A stretch of DNA of 63,346 nt, filler included, from Stramenopiles sp. TOSAG23-6 (Eukaryota): NCBI GenBank assembly GCA_900128565.1. It is 20 parts of 20 records of this genome, joined end to end, with 100 filler letters (N's around TTAATTAATTAA, not from the genome) between each part and the next. Parts side by side here need not be neighbours in the genome. Positions count along the whole stretch, not along the records: positions 1 to 3,098 come from LT637655.1; positions 3,199 to 6,291 come from LT637656.1; positions 6,392 to 9,483 come from LT637657.1; positions 9,584 to 12,670 come from LT637658.1; 16 more parts are not named here. One strand, given 5' to 3'. The position numbers were made by a program, and so were the translations under genes. Below, in pieces: positions 1 to 11,299 of the stretch. Numbering within the stretch: position 1 is the stretch's first letter; each line of letters opens with the position of its first letter. Under the pieces are notes generated by a model that saw only the letters and a list, made by a program, of their open reading frames with translations, did no database searches and was not told where the DNA came from.

Positions 1-1143
1 CAAAACATCAAAGTGCGTCCTTATTTGTATATATATGTAATGATACATTCGGAAGCCTAGCAACAGTCACTGGCGGAAAGTCAGGTGGCATTGTTATTAT
101 TGCAGGAACAGGTTCAAACTGTTGCATCGTCGGAGCATCGGGAAAGACAACCAACTGTGGTGGTTGGGGTCATATGTTAGGTGACGAAGGTAGTGGATTT
201 TGGATTGCAAAAACTGCAGTAAAAGCCGTGTATAATAAACTAGACAATTTTGATTCGTCGGCACTAGACAATTTTCACCAGGGCAAGTGGTCAAAGCAGC
301 CTCTATCTGTATACCAATTGAGACAAATGGTAAATAACTATTTTAATATTTCAAATCCATTTGATATCATGTATGTTTTATTTTTTTTCAATTTCGAATT
401 TATTGTTTTTTTCGTACGAAATTTTGTACCTAACGAAAAAACATTTGAAATATTTTTCCAAAATACATTGCTCATTTATACACTTCTTTTGATAAAGCTA
501 AATTTGCAGCGTTTACACTAAAAGTTGCTGAAGCTGCACATGACGGAGATCTTTTATGTATAGACATTTTCAAAAGGGCAGGAAGTTATCTCGCAAGACA
601 CATTCTTGCTGTTATTCGTAGTGCTAATGCATGTACGTTTGATATGAATTTCTAATTTAATTTTTTTTTTCATACGAAATTTCGTACCTAACGATTTTTT
701 TAACTAACTTTTTTTTTCACAATACATGGAGCATTGATGGAAATGCAGATTTATTAAACATGATAGAAAGTTCCTCTACAAAAGTTGTTTGCACAGGTTC
801 AGTCTGGAAAAGTTGGAGTTTATTACAGTCTGGTTTTGAAGAAGAATTGAAACAAGGTGTTTTAGTACAGTCTGGTTTTGAAAAAAATAACGATAAAAAA
901 CAAAAAAAGATTACTACTGAAAGAAATAAATCAAACAGTCACGAAATTCAACAAGTGCATTTTAATGACTTAAATTTGCAGTTGGTTTCTCTGAAAGTGT
1001 CAAGTGCTGTAGGTGCTGCATATTTAGGTGTCGTTAATGATAATAAATTATCACAAAAAGAGTTTGGTGTTGAGAAGTTTGTTTTGAATGAAAACTATAA
1101 TGTCATGCGTTCATATAAAATCAAATTGTATAAAAAAAAATAA
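1..1143 (+). CDS. NAGK: N-acetylglucosamine kinase (BadF/BadG ATPase family), 5'-partial; exons <1-370, 469-632, 728-1143
   Basis: Motifs GIVIIAGTGSNC, CGGWGHMLGDEGSGFWIA and VVCTGSVWKSW. Removing introns 371-468 and 633-727 (both GT..AT) restores DIIAHLYTSFDKAKFAAF. Confidence 0.9.
371..468 (+). mobile_element. Representative copy of a dispersed introner-like intron family (more than 35 related copies in the window, both strands)
   Basis: Consensus GTAYGTTTT..T-rich..TTCGAATT..TTCGTACGAAATTTTGTACCTAAC..T-rich..TTGAAATATTTTTCCAAAATACAT, sense to the host gene in intronic copies. Confidence 0.75.
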
Positions 1144-1323
1144 TAAAATGTCATGATATATTGTGTTGTTCGTATAAACTTATGATATTAAAAAATATTT
1201 CGATTTTCTAAGAATTTTTAAAAAATGTAATATTCTTTTTTTATTTTCAGAAATTGGACACAAAATTGCCATAGAATAAACAGAGATGAACAAAAACAAA
1301 CAAATAAATATATCAGCATTTTA

Positions 1324-1926
1324 TCAAGCCCATGGATTATCAGACTCTTCAGCGACAGGCTCAGCAGCACGATTGGAAGAAGGTTTCGCATTCCACGGAT
1401 TGTCATCTTCGACGACTCTTGTAGCTCCAGCTGTTGGTAAATCACCCGACATATCACCACCATTAGAGCGTCCAGCACTCGATGATGCATTGTTAACATT
1501 TTTAGAATCCTTCTTACAGCATTGCTGAAAGCCCTTGGAGAATGCAACAAGATAAAAGAAACCAGAAAGAACGAGGATGATTTGAGCAATGAGCGCCGTG
1601 ACTCCATCCATTTTAATCAAAGCCATTCCAATAATACTAATAGTCATATACACAACACCACGAAGAAAGCCACCCTTTGGATTTTCCAATTTAGCATCCA
1701 TACAACTCATAATTTTTACCGCTTTTTCACAACAATCCATACACTTGCAACACTGAGGAAGCTCAACACAAGCAACAATAAAGCAAGAAAATAGACACCA
1801 AAAAGCAGTGCCGAGGCTACTAATATCTACCACGAATGCAATGCCATTAATTATGCATGCAGCTACACCACATGCACGAGACCACCACGCATAATCAAAT
1901 GGCTCACTTTCGCCACCCTTTCCCAT
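1324..1926 (-). CDS. Small multi-TM protein of the Flower/TVP18 (Cg6151-like) type
   Basis: 200 aa ORF with about 4 hydrophobic segments, WW near the N-terminus and a VELPQCC motif resembling Flower EAPFCC. Confidence 0.6.
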   Translation of the reverse strand: MGKGGESEPFDYAWWSRACGVAACIINGIAFVVDISSLGTAFWCLFSCFIVACVELPQCCKCMDCCEKAVKIMSCMDAKLENPKGGFLRGVVYMTISIIGMALIKMDGVTALIAQIILVLSGFFYLVAFSKGFQQCCKKDSKNVNNASSSAGRSNGGDMSGDLPTAGATRVVEDDNPWNAKPSSNRAAEPVAEESDNPWA

Positions 1927-2336
1927 TGTTTATCGACTTTTATAAAATGCAATTTAATTGTAAATGTTATTTCTTGAAGAACAATTGCTTGGTGCACCGG
2001 TCACAAACCTCGGAAATGAAAAAAAAGAAAAAAAAAATGTGAATTTGTCAATTTGGTTCGTTTTCGTTTTTCGTGTCTTGTCGAGTTATAAGGTCAATTT
2101 ACACCATTCGAAAACGACAAAGAGTTGACGTAGAGTACATGAAATATAAATTAGGTTTATTTACTCTGTTTATTCAAAAGCTAGTGAGTAAGACAACCAT
2201 TACGAATCTACCACCAGCTGTATAATATACAACTTTTGACACTCGTCATTTCATCTCGTAAATCTCTTACTTTGTAGTATGTTACAATTCTGAGTGCATA
2301 TTATTAGTAAGTTTATCAATAGTGAATTTATGCCGA

Positions 2337-3038
2337 ATGACATCTGTTACTCGTAAGACTTCGTCAGTTGTATCAGATTTGAGCGATGAAGATTTCCCTA
2401 GACGTAGACGTGTTCCCACTTTAGTTCTGGGAGATTTGGTAGTTAGAACTGAAGCTTGTGCAGCTAGTGCTGTAGTTTGTGCGACACGTTTGACCGAACT
2501 AGCTGAATTAGTAAGTAATCTGCTTATTGATGATGATAAAAGTCAAGACAAGCAACATGAGCCACTGTCTCCATCAAATGAAAAAAGATTACCTCGTTTG
2601 TCTTCATTTGACAATTCAAAGAATTCTCAGTCTATTGTAGACGAAAATGGAGATAGTCCAGTACGTAATAATACAATTAGTCAGACGACTCAAGAGATTC
2701 AATCTAAAGAGGACGTTGGTATTCAATCGAAAGAAGACATTCATTCTAAAGAGGATATTCAATCTAAAGAGGACGTTGGTATTCAATCGAAAGAAGACAT
2801 TCAATCTAAAGAGGATATTCAATCTAAAAACGCACTTTGTAATACAAAAATGGATACCAAAACGTCTTCAGATAGAAAACCAGTCTCCACTGAAAATATC
2901 AAAAAGAATGATAAAAGTTTGACTGTACGCCCATCTAATGTCGTACTGGCACCTCTAAGTGTAAAATTTCGTCCAGGTTTTTCAGGTAAACCTCCATTGA
3001 ATCATTCTGCATTTCTTGCAAAGTCATTAGCTTCTCAT
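2337..3038 (+). CDS. Hypothetical protein with QSKEDI/QSKEDVGI repeats, 3'-partial (intron starts 3039)
   Basis: Open frame, tandem repeats at about 2694-2828, then a GTATGT donor and the intron-family core before the contig end. Confidence 0.55.
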
Positions 3039-3098
3039 GTATGTTTTCAGGATCAATTTTAAATTTATTTATTTTTCATACGAAATTTTGTACCTAAC

Positions 3099-3198
3099 NN
3101 NNNNNNNNNNNNNNNNNNNNNNNNNNNNNNNNNNNNNNNNNNTTAATTAATTAANNNNNNNNNNNNNNNNNNNNNNNNNNNNNNNNNNNNNNNNNNNN
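3099..3198. other. Contig-join linker (N-run, TTAATTAATTAA, N-run), repeated 19 times about every 3.2 kb
   Basis: The same ~100 nt linker with stops in all frames occurs at 3099, 6292, 9484, 12671, 15857, 19041, 22219, 25396, 28570, 31742, 34912, 38079, 41245, 44411, 47569, 50726, 53882, 57038 and 60194. Confidence 0.98.
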
Positions 3199-3441
3199 GC
3201 ATCAACTACTGGTGGTGGTGAAATATTCACAAAAGCACTTCCAGGTGCTGATCTCAGTACTCAAAATGGTTTGGCCAAACTTGACAAACATCTTGTTGGA
3301 AACAATTTTATGCAAGGTGGTGAGAGATCTCAAGATGATGTGGAAGTGTTTATGGCTGTGAAAGATATGTCTGAAAGTATGATATCTAATTTTCCAAATG
3401 TTTTACGATGGCGGCAGTTTATGCGAATGTTCGTTCATTAG
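3199..3441 (+). CDS. C-terminal fragment resembling the EF1B-type GST-C-like domain
   Basis: Translation DLSTQNGLAKLDKHLVGNNFMQGGERSQDDVEVF...FPNVLRWRQFM* resembles the EF-1-beta N-terminal pattern. Not in the ORF track. Confidence 0.55.
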   Translation, partial: ASTTGGGEIFTKALPGADLSTQNGLAKLDKHLVGNNFMQGGERSQDDVEVFMAVKDMSESMISNFPNVLRWRQFMRMFVH

Positions 3442-3515
3442 GGTTAGGGTTACAAGAAAAAAATTATGATTTGAACATGATAAAATTTTAATGGAGTACA
3501 ACTCATATATATATA

Positions 3516-4334
3516 TTAACCAAATCTTCCTTTAATCTTATACGCTAAAAATTCATCGTCATTATCAAGTGTTTCACCACTAACTCCCGTATTAGATTTG
3601 CGGTTATTTCGCCTTACCACACAAATCACAATTATAATTAAAATGAGAACAAATCCTCCAACAGTTGCACTTATGATTATGGCAGTCATTGGAAGACATC
3701 TATCACCAGGAGAAATACATTTATTTTCTCCCGAGCACCATTCTTGTGTACTACATTCTGGTGAATCAAGAGACTTTCCAGGGCAACATTTCATCTGTAC
3801 GGTTTTGCAGTTGAAAACTGAATTTGACCACTTAATCGACTCTTTAGTATGATATGCCTGAGCTTCTAACTCTGTTTTTTGTAGCGCAACAATAGGATCC
3901 TCAACACAACCACTACCTTTTTTACAATATTTGTCATTGCATTTACATGTGGCGGGATCACCGTGACAAGTACTTTGTGAGTCATGCCAAAGAGTACAAA
4001 CCTCATCAAACTTTTTTCCTAGAACATTAAAGCTAATAGAACATTTAGTCCCCAAGTCTTTGTCACAAGTACTTTTCTCCAAAGCGCTATATTTTGTACA
4101 TTCTTTACCTGAAGGTCTATATTGCCCAATGTATTTATACACAGCTTCAGTGCAATCCTCAGTACAAAGAGTCGAAGGAGCTTCGTCAGCAGTCGAAGGT
4201 GCACTCATACCACACTTTTTAATTATGCTGTCTTGCCAATACTTTCCCTTTGAGGATAACGGGCAATTAGCGCCTAATACACTTTGCAAATGAAAGAATA
4301 TGTATAGAAAAACAGATAGACTGAGATATGGCAT
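3516..4334 (-). CDS. Cysteine-rich single-pass membrane protein with signal peptide
   Basis: Hydrophobic N-terminus, Cys-rich ectodomain, TM segment followed by RR. Confidence 0.7.
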   Translation of the reverse strand: MPYLSLSVFLYIFFHLQSVLGANCPLSSKGKYWQDSIIKKCGMSAPSTADEAPSTLCTEDCTEAVYKYIGQYRPSGKECTKYSALEKSTCDKDLGTKCSISFNVLGKKFDEVCTLWHDSQSTCHGDPATCKCNDKYCKKGSGCVEDPIVALQKTELEAQAYHTKESIKWSNSVFNCKTVQMKCCPGKSLDSPECSTQEWCSGENKCISPGDRCLPMTAIIISATVGGFVLILIIIVICVVRRNNRKSNTGVSGETLDNDDEFLAYKIKGRFG

Positions 4335-4613
4335 TGTTTAAAAGAACACTTGAATGCTTTTGATAAATGCAACAACGACAATAATTATTAATTATTAAAA
4401 ATGAAGAAGACTGTATTCACGAGTATTCGAAATTTCAAAGGCATTTGATTTCAAAGAAGAATTTTAGGAATTTTCAAATGATGACACGAAAAACCGAAAA
4501 AAAAAAAATGAACAGCGTTTTGAGTTCCTCTAAGTGTTCTTTCTTTTGTAATATAGAGCTAGTGCTCGGGATTGCGCAATCATTACATAATCATTCAAGG
4601 AAAAAATACAAGG

Positions 4614-5644
4614 ATGAAAACAGCAATGAAAATAATAAGCGTCATCGCGACAATTCACCTAGCGCAAGCACATTTCCAAGAGACCATCAAAGCAGGTGCT
4701 TACCAACAGGGTAAAAATGCTTTATCTGCGACTCTTAGAGGATGCCGTGATGGAGCTTNNNNNNNNNNNNNNNNNNNNNNNNNNNNNNNNNNNNNNNNNN
4801 NNNNNNNNNNNNNNNNNNNNNNNNNNNNNNNNNNNNNNNNAGAAATCACATTTGCAGCCGTGCTCAAGTTTCAGTGGATTTAGACGAATATCGAAGAAGT
4901 TGCAACTCGACATACACTCTGGGTGGTTATAGATGCCAATTCTGCGAAAGTTCTTCGGACTCGTATAACGAGGGTAACATGTGTGTCGGGGAAATCGAAT
5001 CATGTACTGGAGCACCATTACAACGTATAGAATTGCAAGAGCGAATGTACATTCAAGAAATTGAAAAATTTAATCTTCAATCAAGACTCGGGCATTTGGT
5101 CGAAGCTTCGGCATATGGCTTCGGAACACGCTTAAAGGATGCCACCCTAGCCACAGCTTATAAAGTGCCAGATACAATCAGCTACGCGGCTAACATGGCT
5201 CCGCCAGTGATTAATGGTGCAGGGGTAGCTGCAAGGACTATATACAATACAGGTGCTCACTTTCTTGTGGAGAGAAACCATACATGCCGAATGGTTGAAC
5301 GAGGTAATAATGACGAAGAGTATAAACAAAATTGTGCAGACACATACACATTTCAGGGTTATCAATGCCAATTCTGTCCAGAAGATACAACTGATCCGAG
5401 GATTTTTGGTAATAAATGCGTAGGTAATGCAGATGTGTGTACTGCAGAAGCTTTCGAACTGCCATATTATGACGAAAATTATCCAAGGAATCCTCATGAA
5501 AATGATCATGAAGATGATCATGAAGATGGTCATGACGATGGTCATATTATGGCAGAGCCCCAATCCAATGGTATCTGGGGGACGTTTGATTCGNNNNNNN
5601 NNNNNATTTGGTACCGAGCAAGGCAATTTGCCATGGGTAAATGA
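4614..5644 (+). CDS. Putative secreted protein with a duplicated Cys module (gapped)
   Basis: MKTAMKIISVIATIHLAQA N-terminus and two copies of C-x2-TYT-x2-GY-x-CQFC...GN-x-CVG...CT. N gaps prevent joining the frames. Confidence 0.55.
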
Positions 5645-6006
5645 ATTAACATGTTTACAACAATGTATATATGTATATATGTATATATGTATATGTTATT
5701 ATATTTAACGAACTTTGCAAAGAAATAAAAAAAACTTCATTGATAGATGAGATTGCATAAATTTTGTAATTGACATTTCAATATAACATTTACAGCTCAA
5801 TATGACGTATAAACATTGTGTATAGGTTCTAACTTAACTTTTGCCATATCCACTTGCGCATTAACTCTCTTTGGCTNNNNNNNNNNNNNNNNNNNNNNNN
5901 NNNNNNNNNNNNNNNNNNNNNNNNNNNNNNNNNNNNNNNNNNNNNNNNNNNNNNNNNNNNNNNNNNNNNNCCGGTCATACGTTACCGGTCGACACAAGTT
6001 GGTTTG

Positions 6007-6102
6007 TAATGGAATGGGATTTTTGGAATTGGTTCATAATGGAATGGAATTCCATTATAAATTTTCAGATTCCATTATAATGGAATGGAACTCCATTCCA
6101 TT
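6007..6102. repeat. AATGG/CCATT pentamer repeats in direct and inverted orientation
   Basis: TAATGGAATGG units followed by TTCCATTA/CCATTCCATT units, which can form hairpins. Confidence 0.7.
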
Positions 6103-6478
6103 TTTTGATTTCGTGTTATAACGGCCGAAAAGCGCCGTAAAATAGAAGAAAAAAAAGAAGACATAAACGTAGGCAGACACAGGTGATTTCGCGGAGGAGA
6201 GTATACTTATTATGCTATAAATAATGCGATGAGGAAAGTTAAGAGGGAGAGTAATTTGAAGCAAGACTTGGCGGCTTCGAGAATACAGGCANNNNNNNNN
6301 NNNNNNNNNNNNNNNNNNNNNNNNNNNNNNNNNNNTTAATTAATTAANNNNNNNNNNNNNNNNNNNNNNNNNNNNNNNNNNNNNNNNNNNNAAAAAAAAA
6401 AACTTAAATTCGTTAGGTACAAAATTTCGTACGAAAAAAAAATCGATTTTTTTGGTAAAAAAAATAAATAAAACATAC

Positions 6479-8942
6479 ATCCTTTCGTCCTTATCAAGCT
6501 TTGCAATTAATGTATGAGATACTGTAAAATCGTTCTCAGACATCACATGAGGTTTCATTACATCAGTTTCATTTAATAATTGAATAGTGAGTGGCAGTTT
6601 GTAAATTTTCTTTTTTGGTTTTTTTGTTTTCTTTGGTTTTTTTGGTTTTTCGATCTTTTCCGTGTTTTCATCATCTTTTGTAGATGACTTTTCTTCATCA
6701 TCATCATCATTAGCATCTTTTGTAGATGACTTTTCTTCATCATCATCATCATTAGCATCTTTAGTAGATGACTTTTCTTCATCCTCATCATCATTAGCAT
6801 CTTTAGTAGATGACTTTTCTTCATCATCATTATCATCATCATCATTATCTTTAGTAGATGACTCTTCTTCATCAACAACATCTTCAACAGGTAAAATTTC
6901 TTCAAAGATTGCCTCTGCCTTTACAAGTCCTACAAGACCATTTTCATCAAGAAAAAAACTTAAATTAATTTTTGGCTCATCCAAATTTGAATATTTTTCA
7001 TCTTTCAATAAATCTTCAAGTCCAGATACGTCATATAGAGCAATGTCTTTGGCCGTACCTTCAGGAAGACTAAAGACTTTTGATGTATCGTAACGAAGCT
7101 TACATGTGAAATCAGAAGAATGTTTAAATTGTACTAATTTTCTAGAGACAAGTTTGTTGTTTCGTTTGAATAAAGTAGTACGTTTTGACCATATCTCAGG
7201 ATTAGGATTAGCCTCTGAAATATCTTCCATATCAGTGGGTAGTTTGTCTGCCAGACGAACGCCAACAGCAAAAGGTAAAATATCTTGCATGCCAACATGT
7301 TTTGTGAAAAAATATTTTTTTTTTTTTTCCGGTAAAAAATTTGTTAGGTACAAATTTTTTTGAAAAAAATAAATAAATTCGAAATTGAAAAAAATAAATA
7401 AATTCGAAATTGAAAAAAAAATAAATAAAACATACATGTCTCACACGAAATGCTTTAGATCGATTGGCTGCGTGAAACGCTGCACCCAAGGCCATCCCTT
7501 CATCTCCGTTGATATGCACAGCTAAATGCGTTGTATTTAAATGTTCTCTAAGCATTTCTTGAATTTTTGGAATGCGCACAGAACCACCAATGATTTCAAC
7601 CTCATCAACATCATTCACATCAATTCCTGCATCTTCTAAAACACGGTCTATAGGTTTCATAGCTTGAGCTAAATCTGCAGCAATTTTTTTTTCAAACTCT
7701 CTGCGAGTAATGACAAAACCACGTAAATCTTTATCTTTGTCCACACTCTCAATAAACACTGGGATTCTTTCATTTGCAGACAAAACTTCTTTGGTCTTTG
7801 TTGCTTGTTTTTGTATTTTAGCCCAAGATCTAGGTACGGTACGGACATCGTAATCAGGAAATTTTCCATTTTTGTTGACTACATTTGTATTAAACTCATC
7901 AGCAATCATGTTGGCAATGGACTGATCAAAATACGACCCACCAACNCCNTCTTCCCAGTGTTTTGATATTATCTCAAANTGAGANGAGACGACTTCTTTA
8001 CCTAATCGTTTTGTATTACGTGCTGTATAATAGGCAAGTGANGCTTGAACACTATTCGCACCCATATTGTAAAACAAAACACGATGNGTTTTGTTTTCGT
8101 ACGTACGATCAATCCCGTATTGTACGGCGGCTGCCGTGTTTTCATCAATTAACGAAATTACGTTTAATTTCGCGACTTTAGATGCATCGATTAAGGCACG
8201 CTTTTCCGTCTGTGTGAAAAAGGAAGGGACAGTGAGTACAACGTCATTAATTTTGGCATTCGCTTCTGCTTCGCCAATTTGTTTTGCATAGATCAAAATC
8301 ATGCCCATAATTTCTTCGACACTGTATTCTTCAGGCATNGAGACGTCATCAGAATGTTTTGATTCATAGAATGTATAGAGATATTAACGAGTTGTATATT
8401 GATAAGAAACAGGGAAATGGTCTCTGAAAAGTGTAAAAAGGAAAAAATATTTCACAGTTCTTTCTAATTTTTGCTTAGGTACAAAATGTCATACGACAAA
8501 AACAATATGGATTGGAATTAGGGTTAGGGTAACGTACGTCATACAAAGAGTTCTTGATTCGAAGAGAACCACGGGTATCATCTTCCACCAAAGTATGGTG
8601 AGACAAGAAAGTTTCAGATACTTTCCTAGTTATTGGATGAGTACTGTTACGTCCAAGCAAAGTGCGTGCAAATGTAAATGTTTGCAAAGGTTTACGCGTC
8701 ATCAAATTCTTTGCATCACCCGCAAACTGGCGAGCATTTTCATCATTAAATGCCATTGCAGTCTCTGTTTTACGCTTTGATGCTGTATTGGTAACAATTG
8801 TAAATGGATTGCCCGGTTTCACCAAAGCTACTTTAAAAAATAAAGAACCTAGATCAATACCAAGGACTAGAGCGGACGTCACGTGAAACGAAGATGCAAA
8901 CAGCAAAAGTGACATTACGAATGTTCTAATAGAGAAACGCAT
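6479..8942 (-). CDS. HYOU1: ER Hsp70-family chaperone HYOU1/GRP170, 3'-partial, copy 1
   Basis: Signal peptide, VLGIDLG, VVLTVPSFF, IIGGSVRIPKIQ, INGDEGMALGAAF and an acidic repeat region. Intron 7297-7435 (GT..AT) joins FRVRH|VGMQD. Confidence 0.9.
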
Positions 8943-9312
8943 GTTAAATGACTATTGTAGAGATATCTGAAAGACAAAAGTTTGATCGTTTGACGCGTCT
9001 ACTTCTGTTGGTGATACTAAATGAATGTAAGCTGCAGAGAATAAAATATAATGTTTGTAAGACTGAAATTACTTGCTTGCGGTTCTCGAGAGGAACTCAT
9101 CTGAGATGAACAACAAAACTGTTTGGTTTTGCGACGTGGCCAAAAAAAACAATATAAGCAGGTTTGTGCATTTAAAAAAAATCCAAAATAACGGCTACAA
9201 TCTAGATATGTCCACGGGTATCTAGCTAGCTAGGTATATCTTATCCGAATAACGGTTATCTACACCGTACAGTATCATTTCAAGAAAATAAATCTAAAAG
9301 ATTTCAAAAAGA

Positions 9313-9483
9313 ATGAAGAAGGTTATATCATTAAGCTTTGCTGCAGCAAGCGTACACGCATCAGGATCTGCAATAACTCCTCGTGAACTGGTTCTTGGAA
9401 ACCCCCAATGGAATGTCCTTACGAATACGTTTAATGAGAACTTTAACTCTAGCACGGAATACCGTACTCTAATGGCTCGTCTG
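9313..9483 (+). CDS. Hypothetical protein N-terminus, divergent from HYOU1 (repeated at 28399-28569)
   Basis: ATG-initiated open frame running into the linker, with a hydrophobic start. Confidence 0.4.
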
Positions 9484-9633
9484 NNNNNNNNNNNNNNNNN
9501 NNNNNNNNNNNNNNNNNNNNNNNNNNNTTAATTAATTAANNNNNNNNNNNNNNNNNNNNNNNNNNNNNNNNNNNNNNNNNNNNTGTTTTTAGTACTCAAA
9601 AAAAAAAAAAAAAAATTTTTTTTCACAATGAAT

Positions 9634-10231
9634 GAGTGATGCTGACTCTATTCCTCCTCTTCGAGCTCGAACTCGTCATTTTGATGGCTCACGTCCATCA
9701 AGTCGTCATGGTGAAGAGGGCCACGAAGAACTTTTATTCAAGACACTTGAATCCCTACGACAAATTTCTAAAGAAGAAGGTATCAGTATGACAAATTTGT
9801 ACGTTTTCAATCATTACAGTACATTCACAAGAAAAAAAAAATCCTACGAAATTTCATACCTAACAAATTTTGAATTTTTTTTTCTAAAAATATTTTTTTA
9901 CATCACTTGGCGCTATCTTTTCCCTTAGCTACAAAGGCTGTGTGTAGTGTTGTCGCAGGAGCAACAAAAGAAAATCATTTGACATGTACGTTTTCAAAAT
10001 TGAATTTCAAATTTATTTTTTTAGAAAATTTTGTAGTAACGAATGATTTTTTCTAAAAAAAAAAAAAATATATATATATTTTCAAACAATACATCGAATG
10101 TCGCTGGCGTTGGAACAAAATTAACACCAAATTTACTTCAAAAATTGCAAAAGGCTACAGAAAAGTTGAAAGATGCAATGGGGAAGAATTGTGATGTATG
10201 GCAAGGAAAAGGTAATAGTCGCATTCGATAG
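9634..10231 (+). CDS. Aldo-keto reductase C-terminal part; introns 9799-9908 and 9986-10094
   Basis: Spliced GISMTNLALSFPLATKAVCSVVAGATKENHLTSNV matches the AKR pattern (xxLALxxxL...V.SV+.GA....HL..N). Confidence 0.7.
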
Positions 10232-10558
10232 AGATTTTGAATTCGAAAAATGTTAAAAAAAAAAAAAAAATGTTTAGTTTTTGTTTGTTACAAATATTTG
10301 AATTATAAAAAATACGCTGAAGATCTAGATCTATACTTTTGTGTACTAATAATATACTAATAATATACTTAACTATAGTTTTTATATACTAGCTAGCTAG
10401 TACGTAGAACTACGTACTAATCCGTACTAATCGTCAAAAAATCGGAAAAAAAAAATGGAATTAGTTTTCGTTTTGTTTTTCTTCTTTTATTATATCAAGG
10501 ATACTTATCCTTGATTATATCGTTTTTTTTCAAATAGATAACTATTAATTTCCATTCA

Positions 10559-10963
10559 TTATTCATAAAGATGAACATCAATTGTAGCGCTAAAATTTTC
10601 AAACGATTTTCCTTTATTTGTCCCAATGTTATTTTCACGAAAAAGTTCTTCAGCAATGCTCGTAATATTTTTTTCAATAATACCATCCGGATTTATAGCT
10701 GATGACACATTATTCTTGCGCATTCCTTCTTGCAATATTTGCACTTTCAACTTTCCACTTTCATCGAAATCAAGTTTGCTACTGAAGCTAAAGCTAAAAA
10801 AGCGAACGGCAGAACGTGTTCCAGCAAGATAAGGTCGAGATTGCTGTCCAATTTGTGGAAGCGAACGTAAATTTTGAGGTGGGCCTGATTGTAAGTTTTG
10901 TGGTCCACTCATTTTTTCAAGGTAACCTTTAGTATTCTTTGGAAGTCTCGTCGTGTAATTCAC
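10559..10963 (-). CDS. Hypothetical protein
   Basis: 134 aa ORF only. Confidence 0.3.
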   Translation of the reverse strand: MNYTTRLPKNTKGYLEKMSGPQNLQSGPPQNLRSLPQIGQQSRPYLAGTRSAVRFFSFSFSSKLDFDESGKLKVQILQEGMRKNNVSSAINPDGIIEKNITSIAEELFRENNIGTNKGKSFENFSATIDVHLYE

Positions 10964-11299
10964 AGTTCAGGTCTCACGAGTCATGTGTGTGGTGCAGAGT
11001 CGTAAGCATCAAAGATACTGGAAAAATATATTATTTAATTTATTTTGACAAATGAAATTCGAATTCCCAAATTTCGAAAGCTGTCAAAATGACGGGTATG
11101 TCACCAAGTCACATCCAGTCAGTTTATAATATGCTACCCGGTACCTACGTAATTTGGCCAGATTGAGATCGATCTGATCATGCCGCACGTGCTTCCTTTG
11201 CCGGACTCGTCACGTCGTGTATACTTCACACAAGTTAGTATAGTAGTGAAGCGACCAGTAAATAAAGCTGCGTCGTTATAATAATTTACGGACAGTATT

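Noticed and set aside
369-466. Reading the introns as U12-type AT-AC (shifted by 2 nt)
   Set aside because: It works only when AT precedes the donor and the end is ACAT. It fails for 34617-34710 (would end GC), 48653-48821 (AA), 11832-11958, 40870-40980 and 47949-48165. The U12 donor RTATCCTT is absent.
369-521. Recurring peptide MYVLFFF...SYEILYLT / VRNFVPN at many ORF ends as a protein motif
   Set aside because: It is translation of the shared intron sequence.
3099-3198. Regularly spaced TTAATTAATTAA palindromes as a biological repeat or CRISPR-like array
   Set aside because: They are always embedded in fixed-length N runs, so they are artificial concatenation linkers.
8365-8537. Exact acceptor of HYOU1 intron 1
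   Set aside because: The obvious TTTTCAG gives a stop and several in-phase AT sites are possible, so it was left out of the tallies.
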